The notes: generated by a model not told the origin, from the letters alone. 64,000 nucleotides of DNA from an uncultured delta proteobacterium (GCA_963840855.1 CAWJBB010000021.1:132602-196601), one strand, 5' to 3'. Numbered from the stretch's first letter, positions 29,518 to 39,965 are shown. Program-made: numbers and translations.

Positions 29518-30483
29518 TTATATTAGCAGGCCGCGCCGGCGCAAGGCCTCGGCGCAGCTTTCCAGCTGGCGGGTTTGATTGCGGGCGGCGAAGCGCAGCA
29601 CCACCGTGCGTGCGCCCGCTTCGCGGTAGGTCTCGATCTTGTCGATCACTTCATCCCAGCTCCCCGTGATGCACAGCATAGAATTTGCCACCGCCTCGTA
29701 AGAGCGGTTGTAATACTGCGCGAGAAACTCCATGCCCTCCTCTGCATCCGTCTTAGCGCCGCCGGCGATGGTCATGTAGATCGACGGATGAATCGCGCGC
29801 GGGTCGCGCCCGGCATCCGCCGCGTAGCTCTGTATTTTTTCCCAACACTCACGAAAGGCTTGGGCCGTCTTGATGTTGTTGATCCAGGCGTCGCCCATGC
29901 GCGCGACGCGTTTGAGTCCCGGTTCGACTTCGTTGGCGGCAAGCCAGATGGGAATGCCGCCCGATTGCGCCGGTTTCGGCTCCAAGGTGACATGTTCAAA
30001 GCGGCAAAAAGCGCCTTCGTGGGTCACGTCGTTTTCGCGCCACAGCCGGCGCAGCACCGTGACGATCTCTTCGCTGCGCTTGATACGCTTTTCCGCGGTA
30101 ATGCCGACATGGCGGTATTCTAATTCATGGGCCCCGTCGTTGGGCCGGCCATATCCGATGCCGAGATCGACCCGCCCGCCGGCGAGCCAGTCCACGCTGG
30201 CGACCTGGTAAGCGAGCATCACCGGCTGCCTTAGCGCCGCCAGAAAGATCGACGTGCCGAGACGCACGCGCCGCGTGCGCGCGCCCACGGCGGCCAAGGT
30301 CGCCAGCGCTTCCACTCGGGGCCGGGCGGTGAGACTGTCGCCCACCCAGACGGAGTAAAACCCCAATTCCTCGGCGCGCTCCGCCATTTCATAGATCGGC
30401 GCCGGATCGCGCCATCGGGACATGACCGCTTCGCGCGTCGGCAACAATACACCGAACTGCATAGTCGCTTGTTCCGATGCCAT
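29518..30483 (-). CDS. LLM-class flavin-dependent oxidoreductase
   Basis: AEELGFYSVWVGDS, ARTRRVRLGTS, GGRVDLGIG and PKPAQSGGIPIW motifs. Confidence 0.9.
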   Translation of the reverse strand: MASEQATMQFGVLLPTREAVMSRWRDPAPIYEMAERAEELGFYSVWVGDSLTARPRVEALATLAAVGARTRRVRLGTSIFLAALRQPVMLAYQVASVDWLAGGRVDLGIGYGRPNDGAHELEYRHVGITAEKRIKRSEEIVTVLRRLWRENDVTHEGAFCRFEHVTLEPKPAQSGGIPIWLAANEVEPGLKRVARMGDAWINNIKTAQAFRECWEKIQSYAADAGRDPRAIHPSIYMTIAGGAKTDAEEGMEFLAQYYNRSYEAVANSMLCITGSWDEVIDKIETYREAGARTVVLRFAARNQTRQLESCAEALRRRGLLI

Positions 30484-30485
30484 GC

Positions 30486-30947
30486 TCAGCTCTCAACCTT
30501 TCCTGCGCCGCGGATCAAACGGGCGACGTCGTATTCCATAATGGCTTCGCCGCGCTGGTTCTTCACCCATTGCCGGTAACGGACGATCCCGCCGCCGCGC
30601 TGTGGCACCGCTTTGGTATCGAGCACTTCGATCTCCACCTGGATCGTGTCGCCGACCTTCACGGGACCGAAAAGGCGCATATGATCGAGGCCGGCAAAGG
30701 CGAGGCCGGTGCCGTGAATGATCCCGGTTTGCACGGTCAATCCTTCCGCCATGCCGAAAGTCAAACTGCCCGGCGCGATGCGCTCGCCGAAAATACTTTC
30801 TTTCTTGATATATTCGAGGTCAAGAAATAGCGGTTCGGTAAGCCCCACCAGGGTGACGAACTGTAAGATGTCGTGCTCGGTGATGGTGCGCCGGCCCGTC
30901 ACGAAACGGTCGCCGGAGTGAAATCCTTCGAAGAGAATGCCGTTCAT
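30486..30947 (-). CDS. MaoC-family dehydratase
   Basis: RRTITEHDILQF, EPLFLD..Y, FGERIAPG and PVKVGDTI; ATGA overlap with the upstream gene. Confidence 0.9.
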   Translation of the reverse strand: MNGILFEGFHSGDRFVTGRRTITEHDILQFVTLVGLTEPLFLDLEYIKKESIFGERIAPGSLTFGMAEGLTVQTGIIHGTGLAFAGLDHMRLFGPVKVGDTIQVEIEVLDTKAVPQRGGGIVRYRQWVKNQRGEAIMEYDVARLIRGAGKVES

Positions 30948-32146
30948 ATAATGCCCTTCTCGCACAGCGCCGTGATCTCGTGGTTAGTCATGCCCAGCCA
31001 ATCCTCCAGCACGTTTCTCGTGTGTTCGCCAAGCCGCGGCGGCGGTAGACGCAAACTCGCCGGCGTAGCGGAAAACTTCAACGGCAGGCCGGCCATCTTC
31101 ATTTTTCCCGCGCTCGGGTGCTCGACCTCGGCGAGCATGCCTCTGTGAATGACTTGCGGATCACGGAAAACTTGATCGATGGTCTGCACCGGAGCGCAGG
31201 GTACTTGCGCCGCGTGGAGGATCTTCGACCAGGTTTGAGAATCGCGGCTCAGGAATATTTCCGCGAGCAGTTTTAGCAGCTCGCCGCGATTTTCAACGCG
31301 CTGCGCGTTTTTTGCAAAACGCGGGTGGTCCGCCAGGTCAGCTCTACCGATGGCCGGGCAAAATCGCTGCCAGATCGTTTCACTGGCGACCCCGATAACG
31401 AGATAGCCGTCTGCGGTCTTGAAGCTCTGATAAGGTACTATGCTGGGGTGCGCATTGCCGTAGCGCCGGGGAAGCTGTCCGCCGATGAGATAATTGCTGC
31501 CGGCGTTAATCAAACAAGCGACTTGAGCTTCCAGCAACGAGGTGTCGAGCTTTTGCCCGACGCCGAGTTTCTCGCGCGCGTAGAGCGCCGCGCAAATGGC
31601 CTTGCCGAGCATCAAGCCTGCCACAACATCGATGATTGCGACGCCCACTTTAGTGGGCTCGCCGTCGGGCATGCCGGTGATGCTCATCAAGCCACCCCAG
31701 GCCTGGACGATTAGATCGTAACCTGGTAAGTCGCTCATCGGCCCGTCGGCGCCGAAGGCCGAGAGCGAGGCGTAAATCAGCCGCGGATTGGCGTCGCGCA
31801 AATCCTTTTCGCCCAGACCCCACCGCTCCATCGTTCCGGGGCGAAAATTCTCAATCAAGACATCCGCTTTTTCCGCCAGACGGCTAAGTAAATCCTTGCC
31901 CGCAGGCGATTTCAAATCGAGGGTCAAACTCTTCTTATTGCGGTTGACACTGAGGAAATAGGCGCTCTCGCCGCCGGCAAACGGCGGACCCCAACCGCGC
32001 GTGTCATCGCCGGCGCCGGGCTGTTCCACCTTCACCACTGCTGCGCCGAGATCGCCGAGAAACATCGTGCAATAGGGACCCGCCAACACCCGCGTCAGGT
32101 CCAGCACGCGAATACCGTCCAGCGCTCCGGCGCCGCCTTGGCTCAT
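30944..32146 (-). CDS. Class III CoA-transferase (CaiB/BaiF)
   Basis: LDGIRVLDLTRVLAGPYC, GDDTRGWGPP, NRNKKSLTLDLK, ENFRPG and PPRLGEHT. True start is ATG 32146 (ATGA overlap with the CMD gene). Confidence 0.95.
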   Translation of the reverse strand: MSQGGAGALDGIRVLDLTRVLAGPYCTMFLGDLGAAVVKVEQPGAGDDTRGWGPPFAGGESAYFLSVNRNKKSLTLDLKSPAGKDLLSRLAEKADVLIENFRPGTMERWGLGEKDLRDANPRLIYASLSAFGADGPMSDLPGYDLIVQAWGGLMSITGMPDGEPTKVGVAIIDVVAGLMLGKAICAALYAREKLGVGQKLDTSLLEAQVACLINAGSNYLIGGQLPRRYGNAHPSIVPYQSFKTADGYLVIGVASETIWQRFCPAIGRADLADHPRFAKNAQRVENRGELLKLLAEIFLSRDSQTWSKILHAAQVPCAPVQTIDQVFRDPQVIHRGMLAEVEHPSAGKMKMAGLPLKFSATPASLRLPPPRLGEHTRNVLEDWLGMTNHEITALCEKGII

Positions 32147-32517
32147 TTGAACTCGATCCCCTTCTCTTTGAGAATATCCTGAAGCGTTTCCACGCCGAGC
32201 CAAAGGCCGGGCATGCCGCCTGGGATTGCCGCTACTTCGACGGTTTCCAGCACTTCCCGCGGCGTGGCGCCCAACGCCAACGCTCGCTCGCTGTGCAAGC
32301 GCACTCCGCGCGGACGCGACAATGCGCAGGTAATGCCGATCATAATCAACTCTTTCGTCTTGCGCGCCAGCGCTCCCTCGCGCCCGAAAGTACCGTCCAC
32401 GTAGATTCCCTTGAGCTTCTCGAAATACTCCGGGTCCAGCTCCGCGATTATATCGTAAGCGCGGTTTTGCGCGCCGAGAGATGCCTTTTCGAAAGCTTGC
32501 TTGGCGTTTTCGCTCAT
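32143..32517 (-). CDS. Carboxymuconolactone decarboxylase/AhpD-family protein
   Basis: GALARKTKELIMIGI, HSERALALGATPREVLE and GGMPG motifs. Confidence 0.88.
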   Translation of the reverse strand: MSENAKQAFEKASLGAQNRAYDIIAELDPEYFEKLKGIYVDGTFGREGALARKTKELIMIGITCALSRPRGVRLHSERALALGATPREVLETVEVAAIPGGMPGLWLGVETLQDILKEKGIEFK

Positions 32518-32600
32518 CGCTTCCTCCTTGAAAATTCACCGTTTTGCTTTTCGCTAATTACCATTTCGATGAGCGCTCTGCTAGTCTGAATAGACTTTCC

Positions 32601-32713
32601 GTTCAATGTTCAACGTTCAAAGTTCAAGGTTTAGATTCAAGACATTAACCCCCATAACGTGAACCCTAGATCGTCAGTCCGAAACGTTGAACCTTGAACA
32701 TTGAACCTTGAAC
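32601..32713. repeat. Inverted heptamer array in a divergent promoter region
   Basis: GTTCAAT GTTCAAC GTTCAAA GTTCAAG ... GTTGAAC CTTGAAC ATTGAAC CTTGAAC. Confidence 0.9.
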
Positions 32714-32818
32714 CGCACGGAGCCAGCCGTTCCGCTCTTGGCGCGGGATGGCAAAATGGTGTAACAGATAACCTCAAGTGGCGCCGTCAAAGCGCAAGCG
32801 AGGCCAGTAGAAGGGGTC

Positions 32819-33241
32819 ATGAAAACAACCTTGCGCAGCATAACGATCGAAAGAGTTTCCAGCCCACAAGTAGTCGAACCGCCGCCGGGCCGATGGTCCA
32901 ACGCCCTGCGCGTCGGCGACATGCTTTTCATCTCCGGAATGGTCTCCCGCGGATTGGATGGAACAACCATCCAGGGAAGCGACGAATACGAACAAGCAAA
33001 AATCATCTTCGGCAAAATCCGTCATCTCGTGGAGGCCGCAGGCGGCGCCATGCCGGACGTAGTGAAAGTCACGATCTACGTCGTCAACATCAAAAACAAT
33101 ACCGAAGTGTGGCGCGCCCGCCAGGAATTCTTCACCGGAGATTTTCCTTGCTCGACACTGGTGGAAGTCCGCAGTCTCGCGACGCCGGAGATTCTCGTGG
33201 AGATAGAGGCCGTGGCGATTATTGGCGCCGGCAAACGATAG
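32819..33241 (+). CDS. RidA/YjgF-family protein
   Basis: LFISGMV, EQAKIIF..I..LVEAAGG..DVVKVTIY and PCSTLVEV..L..PEILVEIEA motifs. Confidence 0.9.
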   Translation: MKTTLRSITIERVSSPQVVEPPPGRWSNALRVGDMLFISGMVSRGLDGTTIQGSDEYEQAKIIFGKIRHLVEAAGGAMPDVVKVTIYVVNIKNNTEVWRARQEFFTGDFPCSTLVEVRSLATPEILVEIEAVAIIGAGKR

Positions 33242-33308
33242 AGCCGTTCGACGGACCGGTACGGCGTAATTCTGCCTCTGGGCTATCGGACGCCGCTAGC
33301 TGGCTACG

Positions 33309-34202
33309 CTATTCGTATAAGAGTTTCGCCGGATTAGCGTGCAGCATCGTGCGAATCTCCGCCGTCGAGAAGCCTTCCTCCAAAAGCAACTGCACCATGA
33401 CGCGCAGTGACTCCACCGGCGCTGGGTTGTGCAACTGGCCGGCATCGCTTGAGAGCACCATGCGAGCCACGCCGATGCGCCGAATCCCGGCGGCAAAATC
33501 CTCTACCTTCACGCGCCACCACCTGGGCAACAGTTCTCCGGCTGTGTAGTTGATGAGTGCGCCGCGGGCCGCTAACTTTTCTTGCTGTTCCAGGCCGAGC
33601 TGCGAAAAGAACGGGTGGTCCACGACCATCTTCTTCACCCCCGCCGCGCGCGCCGCCAAGAGTATTTGATCCATCTCCGCGAACGACATGTGGCCGACAT
33701 TTAGAATGACATTCGCCTCGGCGATGAGGCGCAGGATTTCGCGAACCTCAGGTGACAGCGAGTTGTCGCTACCGATGATGTGAATACGCGGCTGGCTGCG
33801 CGTGTATTGCGAGAGGCCTCCGGGAATCACTAACCCTTTTCCATGTTGCCCAATCTCCCCGCCGACAAGCGCCGCATGATTGCAGGAATCCACGGTGGGA
33901 AACCAAATCTGCTTCGCCCCATATTTAAGGGCCGCTTCCACCGCGATCGGATTCACGCCCCCGACATGCAGATTGAGCGCGATGCCGCCAAATATATCGA
34001 TGCCCGGAACCGCCTTGGAAGTGGCAACGGCATGGGCCGCGGTCGGAAAATTGTGCGATTTAATTACGATGGCGCGCATGCCCACCGCGCGCGCCGACTC
34101 GGCTAACTCCACATGGTCTTGGATACGTGGATAGAGATCGGGACCGGAGTGCACATGAATGTCGATAGCTCCACTAAGCAGCTCAAGGTCCTCACGCATC
34201 AT
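33309..34202 (-). CDS. Amidohydrolase-like metalloprotein (DUF6282-like)
   Basis: GAIDIHVHSGPD, IVIKSH, GGVNPIAVE, WFPT, GH, DHP and SSDAGQ motifs. Confidence 0.75.
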   Translation of the reverse strand: MMREDLELLSGAIDIHVHSGPDLYPRIQDHVELAESARAVGMRAIVIKSHNFPTAAHAVATSKAVPGIDIFGGIALNLHVGGVNPIAVEAALKYGAKQIWFPTVDSCNHAALVGGEIGQHGKGLVIPGGLSQYTRSQPRIHIIGSDNSLSPEVREILRLIAEANVILNVGHMSFAEMDQILLAARAAGVKKMVVDHPFFSQLGLEQQEKLAARGALINYTAGELLPRWWRVKVEDFAAGIRRIGVARMVLSSDAGQLHNPAPVESLRVMVQLLLEEGFSTAEIRTMLHANPAKLLYE

Positions 34203-34259
34203 TCGGCTCCTTTGTTCACGATTGACACCATGCCATACCCTACGATTCGACTAAAAATT

Positions 34260-35961
34260 TCATAACCTTTCGACCCGCACCAAAACAAGCGGCGCGTCGC
34301 CTTCGGGGCCTTTGCCGGTGCTCTTCAGCAGCGGCGACGGGAGATTCGGCTTAAACTTCCGCAAATCCAGCCAGTCTTTTTCCTCCATGATCGAATATGC
34401 GTCGCCTCGGCCAATCTTCGCGGCAATCTCCTCCGCGGGTAGATCTAGCGTCTCAAGCGGATCGCCACGGTAAAAGACCACCGGGTCACTGTGTAAGGAT
34501 GCGCCGTACAGATACAGTTTGTGCTCCGGTCCTACCAGTCGGTTGACCTCGATCATGAACGGGCGATAGCTCTTTACCTCGGCGATTTTCGGTACCACGA
34601 GGCCGCGGGCGACAAAGGAAAATACGACGGCGATCAGCACCAAGCGCGGTGCGGTGGCGCACATGCGGTGAACCCAGAGACAGCGCGCCAGGGAGAACCA
34701 CAGCAGCGCCGAGAACAGCGCGGCCATCGTGAACGGCCAGCCAAACGACGCCAGTTCGTTTTTTATTACGACGAAGTTGGCGCGGTCCTGGGGCTTGAGG
34801 AACTGTTCTATGGGGCCGAAAAGAAAACCGGGATCGCGGTTCCATAGTTCCCCGGCAACAACAAGCAACAGAATCACGCCCGTAAAGTCCGGCCAAAAGC
34901 GCCACGGCCCGGTAATAGTATGACCTCCCTCCCGCTGCGCCGTTATGACCGACGAACCACTGTGCCATGAGTATCGCGAGTGCGGCATACAGCGGCAGTA
35001 AATACACGGGCCGTTTACCCAGGGCAATGGAAAAGAACACGAACATGACCGCGAACCAAATCTTGAGAAATAACCTGTTATCGCCGGACGGCGCGCCCTT
35101 TTTAAATGAATCCCATAGAACCACCGGCAGCAGCAGTCCCCACGGCAGCGCCTGGGAAAAAAGATAGGGAACATAATAATAGATGGGATGGCTGTGGCCG
35201 GAACCACCGGCGAAGCGGCTTAGATTCTCTTGCAGAATTTGCCGGTCGAAAAATCCTTCGCCGCCGCGCGTCACCGCGATAACATACCATCCGGCGGCGA
35301 GCGCAAGCATCAGAATAATCCCGGGATGGAAAATAAACTTCGCGAGCAGGTCCCATTTCCGCTTGGCCAACACAAAAGTGCCGGCCACCAGTGCCGGCAA
35401 TAGGATGCCCAACGGGCCCTTGGCCAAAGTTCCGATGCCGGTGACCGCAAAAAACAAGTAATACCAGAATGGATGGCTGAGAAACCCTCGATACAGCGAA
35501 TAAAACAGCGCCAGGCTGAGCATTACGAAAAAGCACAGCGTCATATCGACCCGCGCGTCCAGCGCCTGGTCTTGGTAAACCAGCATCGTCGCCAGTATCG
35601 CGCCGGCGTAGAGCGCGGTCTCGGGATTGAACAATTTGCGCGCGAGCAAGTAAACCAGCACAACCCCGAGGGTAGCGTAAATAGCCGATGGCAACCGTAT
35701 CGTCGCCTCATCAAGTCTGCCCGTCACATGATAGGCCGCGGCCGCGGACCAGTGAAACAGCGGTGGCTTGGATGGCATATCCGTGGCGCGCTTGAGCGGC
35801 ACCAGCCATTCGCCGCGGCGCACGATGTCCTGCACCGCCATCGCCTCGCGCGGCTCGCCTTTGTCGAAAAACGGAGCGGTTCCAAGATAAGGGAAATAGA
35901 GAACGGCGCAGAGGAGCAACAACAACGCGGCATGGATAGCCGGGGAAAAACGTTGGATCAT
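34260..35961 (-). pseudogene. ArnT/PMT-family (GT39) glycosyltransferase with one frameshift (~34885), probably an assembly error
   Basis: DKGEPREA, SKPPLFHW, LAKGPLG and KRPVYLLP motifs. Frames join as ...LLAG|FTGVILLL if one base is removed at GGACTTTACG. Confidence 0.8.
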
Positions 35962-36139
35962 CCTTCAGATAGATAACCTTTTAGCACCGCTTCTTAAAGA
36001 GCGGAGGTGATGGCGGTGATTTGCGACAGCGACGGATTGAAGCGCTAACGCGGCGCGTCTTGGCGGTCAACCAGTCATTCGAAGATACTTGCACCCGGAG
36101 TTCATCACGGCTATCTTGGGGCTCACGCGGGCGGCAAGA

Positions 36140-36607
36140 ATGAATTTCAAGGAACGAACGTATCTCTGGTATATCGCGCTCCTGCGCATTTACATCGGCT
36201 ATTATTTACTTCTGCAAGGCGTCAGAAAATACCAGCGCGACTTTCCCAAAGGCGACTGGATCGGCCGGCAAATCGGCGATATCGCGGCGCTGGATCTCTA
36301 TCCTTGGTACAAAACTTTTCTACGGACCTACGTCGTGCCGCACAGCGAGCTGTTCGGCACTCTCGTCATGGCCGGTGAGATCCTGGTCGGCGGCTGTTTG
36401 CTGCTCGGCCTGCTCACCCGGTTCAGCGCCTGCGTCGGTCTGTTCATGCTGGTCAATTACTATCTTGGTCCCGGCATGGCGCGGGGCGGCGCGTCGCTGG
36501 CGCAGCAACAGACTTTTATCGTCGCTCTGATTATTATTCTGTTGTCGAATCCCGGCAGGACACTGGGCCTGGATGGTTTGATATTTCGCGGCCGAGGAAA
36601 AGCATAA
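36140..36607 (+). CDS. DoxX/DoxD-family membrane protein
   Basis: LLRIYIGY, WYKTFL..VVP, GEILVGGCLLLGLLTR and GRTLGLDG motifs. Confidence 0.85.
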   Translation: MNFKERTYLWYIALLRIYIGYYLLLQGVRKYQRDFPKGDWIGRQIGDIAALDLYPWYKTFLRTYVVPHSELFGTLVMAGEILVGGCLLLGLLTRFSACVGLFMLVNYYLGPGMARGGASLAQQQTFIVALIIILLSNPGRTLGLDGLIFRGRGKA

Positions 36608-36609
36608 AA

Positions 36610-37716
36610 ATGAAGCTCCCAGGATACGCAACCCCGTCAGGCACCGAGTGGTACCGCAAGCGCTTTGCAAAGAGCGTCGCGCCGGAGCACTTTCGCCAAT
36701 CCCAGAACCTCTGGCTCTCCTCCATCGGTCTCGGCACCTATCTCGGCAACTACGACGCCGAAACGGACCAGCTTTACCACCGCGCCGTCGTACATGCGGT
36801 GCAGTCCGGCTGCAACGTCATCGACAGCGCCATCAACTATCGATTTCAACGCAGCGAGCGCGCCATCGGCACCGCTCTCAAAGAGCTCACCGACAAAGGC
36901 TATAACCGGGACGAAATCGTTATCGCGACCAAAGGCGGTTTTATTTCCTACGACGGCGCGCCGCCCAAAGACGCGCGGCGCTACTTCGAGGAGACTTTCG
37001 TCAAGCCCGGCATTGCGCGGCCCTCGGACATTATCGCCAACTGCCACTGCATGACCCCGGGTTATCTTATGAACCAACTCGATTGCAGCCTCAGCAATCT
37101 CGATATCGAGTCGATCGACATATATTACCTTCACAACCCGGAAACCCAACTGGGAAGCATTCCAAAGGAAGAATTCAACGACCGTCTGCTGAAAGCATTC
37201 GAGGCGCTGGAGGGCGCGGTGGCGGCCGGAAAAATTCGCATGTACGGCACCGCCACGTGGAATGGCTTCCGAAACGACACGGCCGCCAAAGACTACCTTT
37301 CGCTCGCCGAGATCGCCGCTCTCGCGGAAAAGGCCGGCGGCAAGGCGCACCACTTCAAAGCGATCCAATTGCCGCTGAATTTAGGCATGACGGAGGCGCT
37401 GTCTCTGAGTAATCATGAGGTTCGAGGGAAAAAGCACACAGCGCTGGAAGCGGCCCAGGCCCTCGGCATCACAGTGATGTGCAGCGCCTCAATGCTGCAA
37501 GGCCAGCTCGCGCAAAATTTGCCGGGGATTATCGCTGACACTTTCGGGGGATTGAAGACCGATAGCCAACGCGCCTTGCAGTTCGTCCGCTCCACCCCCG
37601 GCGTGACCACGGCGTTAGTGGGAATGAAGCAGATCGCGCACGTCAACGAAAATCTGCAAACGGCTAAACTGCCACCGACCTCCTGGGAGCAATATTCAAA
37701 ACTGTTTCAAAGCTAA
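36610..37716 (+). CDS. Aldo/keto reductase
   Basis: SSIGLGTY, IDSAINYR..SERAIG, IATKGG, IDIYYLHNP and LVGM motifs. Confidence 0.92.
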   Translation: MKLPGYATPSGTEWYRKRFAKSVAPEHFRQSQNLWLSSIGLGTYLGNYDAETDQLYHRAVVHAVQSGCNVIDSAINYRFQRSERAIGTALKELTDKGYNRDEIVIATKGGFISYDGAPPKDARRYFEETFVKPGIARPSDIIANCHCMTPGYLMNQLDCSLSNLDIESIDIYYLHNPETQLGSIPKEEFNDRLLKAFEALEGAVAAGKIRMYGTATWNGFRNDTAAKDYLSLAEIAALAEKAGGKAHHFKAIQLPLNLGMTEALSLSNHEVRGKKHTALEAAQALGITVMCSASMLQGQLAQNLPGIIADTFGGLKTDSQRALQFVRSTPGVTTALVGMKQIAHVNENLQTAKLPPTSWEQYSKLFQS

Positions 37717-37798
37717 CAGGATGATGACGACGAGGACTAGGGCATATTGATCTTACGGCCCTCGCCTCTCCTTTTCGCCAGCTAAACTCGGTAATTTT

Positions 37799-38876
37799 TC
37801 ATTTTCGAAGCAAAAGCTTATTGTAAAGGCCGATTAACTCGTTATATCGATCGCCCCATTTCTCCGGTGACGGGATTACCACCTTGCGGTCGCCAATGTC
37901 GTCCGGCCCTTTACCGGCGATACTCTTATGCCCCATCCAGCGGCCGTGACCGTACATTATATCTTGGCCCTTTTTGGACATGAGAAAGTCGGCCATGAGC
38001 GCGGCCCCGTGCGGATGCGGAGGGCGGGCGGACATGTAAATCGGCACCAAAGACTTTACCGGCACGAACGGCTGTGGAAAGACGTAGTCGATGGGCGCCC
38101 CGGCTTTCTTTTTCGCGATAGCCTCCTGGTGGTGGCCATCGATTTCTAGATGAAACTCACCGGCGGCGACCAACTGGGTGATAAGCGTCGGCCCGCGCCG
38201 AACGTGGAGTGATTGCTGGCCGATCTTAGTCGCGAGCTCAATCCCCTTCGATTCCCCGTAGTGATCGAGCAGTGCCGCCAGCCAGTCGAAGGACTCATCG
38301 TCCACCGCCATCTTGCCGGACCATTTCGAGTTCGCCAGATCCTCGATCGAGCTCGGCGCTTCCTTCCGGCTCACCATCTTTGCATTGAAAATAAAGACCA
38401 GCGGCGTGGCAAAAATGCCGTTGAGAAATCCCTCTTTGTCGTAAAAGCTGTCGCGCAGCTGACTGCGCAAAGGGAGTTCTGTAGCGCATGATGGCGCCCG
38501 CTTTCTTGAGCGTATTGATCGTCATGCTGCGGGTATTGAAGACGTCGTACAAGTACGAGCGCGCCCGGTACTCTGTTATGACCTTATTGAGCAACGCGCC
38601 GCCGCCTCCCGTCAAAGCATTGACTTTTAGAAATGGATACTGCGCCTCGAAAGCATTGATCAGATCCTGCGCGTAAGCGCGGTTCATCGCCACATACCAG
38701 GTTACGGCACCTTCCTTTTTCGCGCCGTTCACGAGCCGCGTCTGCCGTTCGGTTTCCGGCAGCTGATTGATTTCTTCGAGAAGCTTTTCTTCCGATTGCG
38801 CCGAGACAAGAGCGGCGCATGATAGAAACCATGCCAAGAAAAGAGTGAAGCAGCGACATCGAATCGCGAACAGCAT
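37799..38876 (-). pseudogene. ABC extracellular solute-binding protein (Fe3+/AfuA-like), frameshift at ~38470, probably an assembly error
   Basis: Signal peptide, GAKKEGAVTWY, DLANSKWSGK, PPHPHGAALMADFLMS. Removing an extra T in CCCTTTGCG joins the two track ORFs. Confidence 0.8.
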
Positions 38877-39004
38877 GGTAACCTCCTTTTGCACGGCTCA
38901 TCTCCGCCTGGCCAGCCGCTCTTTCTCCACGGCCCTTAGATGGCTCATGATGTCCCCGCTCCATCCGTCTATGGCTAAGGGTCAACTCTCTGAGCGACTT
39001 CGGT

Positions 39005-39112
39005 ATCACACTGAAACTGCCAGGCCATAGTCAGCCGTGCTAGTCGTGGGCGGACACGCAGGTCCGCCCCTACAGCATCACACCGAAACTGCGAGACCAT
39101 AGTCGGCCGTGC
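39005..39112. repeat. 36-bp direct repeat duplicating the 3' end of the gene at 39078-39965
   Basis: 39005-39040 versus 39077-39112: 32/36 identical; both encode TADYGLAVSV* on the minus strand. Confidence 0.9.
39048..39073 (-). repeat. GTAG-type REP palindrome
   Basis: Minus strand GTAGGGGCGGACCTGCGTGTCCGCCC: GTAG head plus 8-bp stem GGGCGGAC/GTCCGCCC. Confidence 0.8.
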
Positions 39113-39965
39113 CGGTTTGGCCTTCCGGGAAGAGCTTCGATTCCTCCATCCAGCGATGGGTCCGTTCAAACATTTGCTGTGTGTAAGGCTCGAAAACCAG
39201 CCGCTCGCCCGGCCCGAAGCCGTTGACATCGATCATGCCGTGATATTTCTCCGGCAATTCTTTCAAGAAATAGTGCTTGTAGCGTTCCGGCTCCAGATCG
39301 ATGTCCCGCTGCGCGCGCTGCAGCGCGTTGAAGTAGCGTTTCACGTCTGCCAGCTCGGCGTCTTTGTGCAACAGAAAGCCGATCATGAACGTGGTGTCGA
39401 GAACCTTGCGAAAGCCCTGTTGCTCCGCGAGGTACAAGGGCGCGCCGAACAAGTTGACAGCATCGATCTTTCGGTCCAAAAGCGCTGCGAGCCGATCCCG
39501 AGGCTGGCCGATATAGCGCAACTTGAGCTCGTCGGGCTTGAGCACTTTCTCCAGCGCCTGGATTGCCGAAAAATAGCTGCCTGAGTGGTAGCCCACCCCG
39601 ACCTCGATGTTGGCCAGGTCGCATGGCTGTTTGATCGAAGACTCGGGCGGAACCACGATGGCCGACGGCGTCACAGAGTAGGCGTGCCCCCACATCCGGC
39701 CATGCCCCGAAGAAGAAGCCATATTCACCGCCCAGTGGCAGGCGCAGCTGACGTCCGCCGCCCGTCCGCGTTCCATGTTCTCGAACGCACCGCGTTTTAC
39801 CTCCGGCGCCGCGTTTTCGGTTGACTGAACGGCCGCATAGCCAGACTCTCCGGCCACGTAGGAATTCACGAACTCGTAGTCCAAACCTTCCTCTTTAAAG
39901 TATCCTTTCTCTTCGGCGACCCACTCCTGAAGTCGCCCGTGCGGCTCAATGCGAAACTTGCTCAT
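39078..39965 (-). CDS. ABC substrate-binding-like protein (NMT1/SsuA fold), no obvious signal peptide
   Basis: VAEEKGYFKEEGLDYE, SIKQPCDLAN..VGV and RLAALLDRKIDA motifs. Confidence 0.75.
   Translation of the reverse strand: MSKFRIEPHGRLQEWVAEEKGYFKEEGLDYEFVNSYVAGESGYAAVQSTENAAPEVKRGAFENMERGRAADVSCACHWAVNMASSSGHGRMWGHAYSVTPSAIVVPPESSIKQPCDLANIEVGVGYHSGSYFSAIQALEKVLKPDELKLRYIGQPRDRLAALLDRKIDAVNLFGAPLYLAEQQGFRKVLDTTFMIGFLLHKDAELADVKRYFNALQRAQRDIDLEPERYKHYFLKELPEKYHGMIDVNGFGPGERLVFEPYTQQMFERTHRWMEESKLFPEGQTGTADYGLAVSV

Noticed and set aside
32146-32539. 131-aa N-terminal extension of the CoA-transferase in the ORF track
   Set aside because: Overlaps the CMD gene in another frame; the true start is the ATGA-coupled ATG at 32146
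19402-32713. Tandem arrays read as CRISPR
   Set aside because: Units are 7-9 nt with no unique spacers, and there are no cas genes
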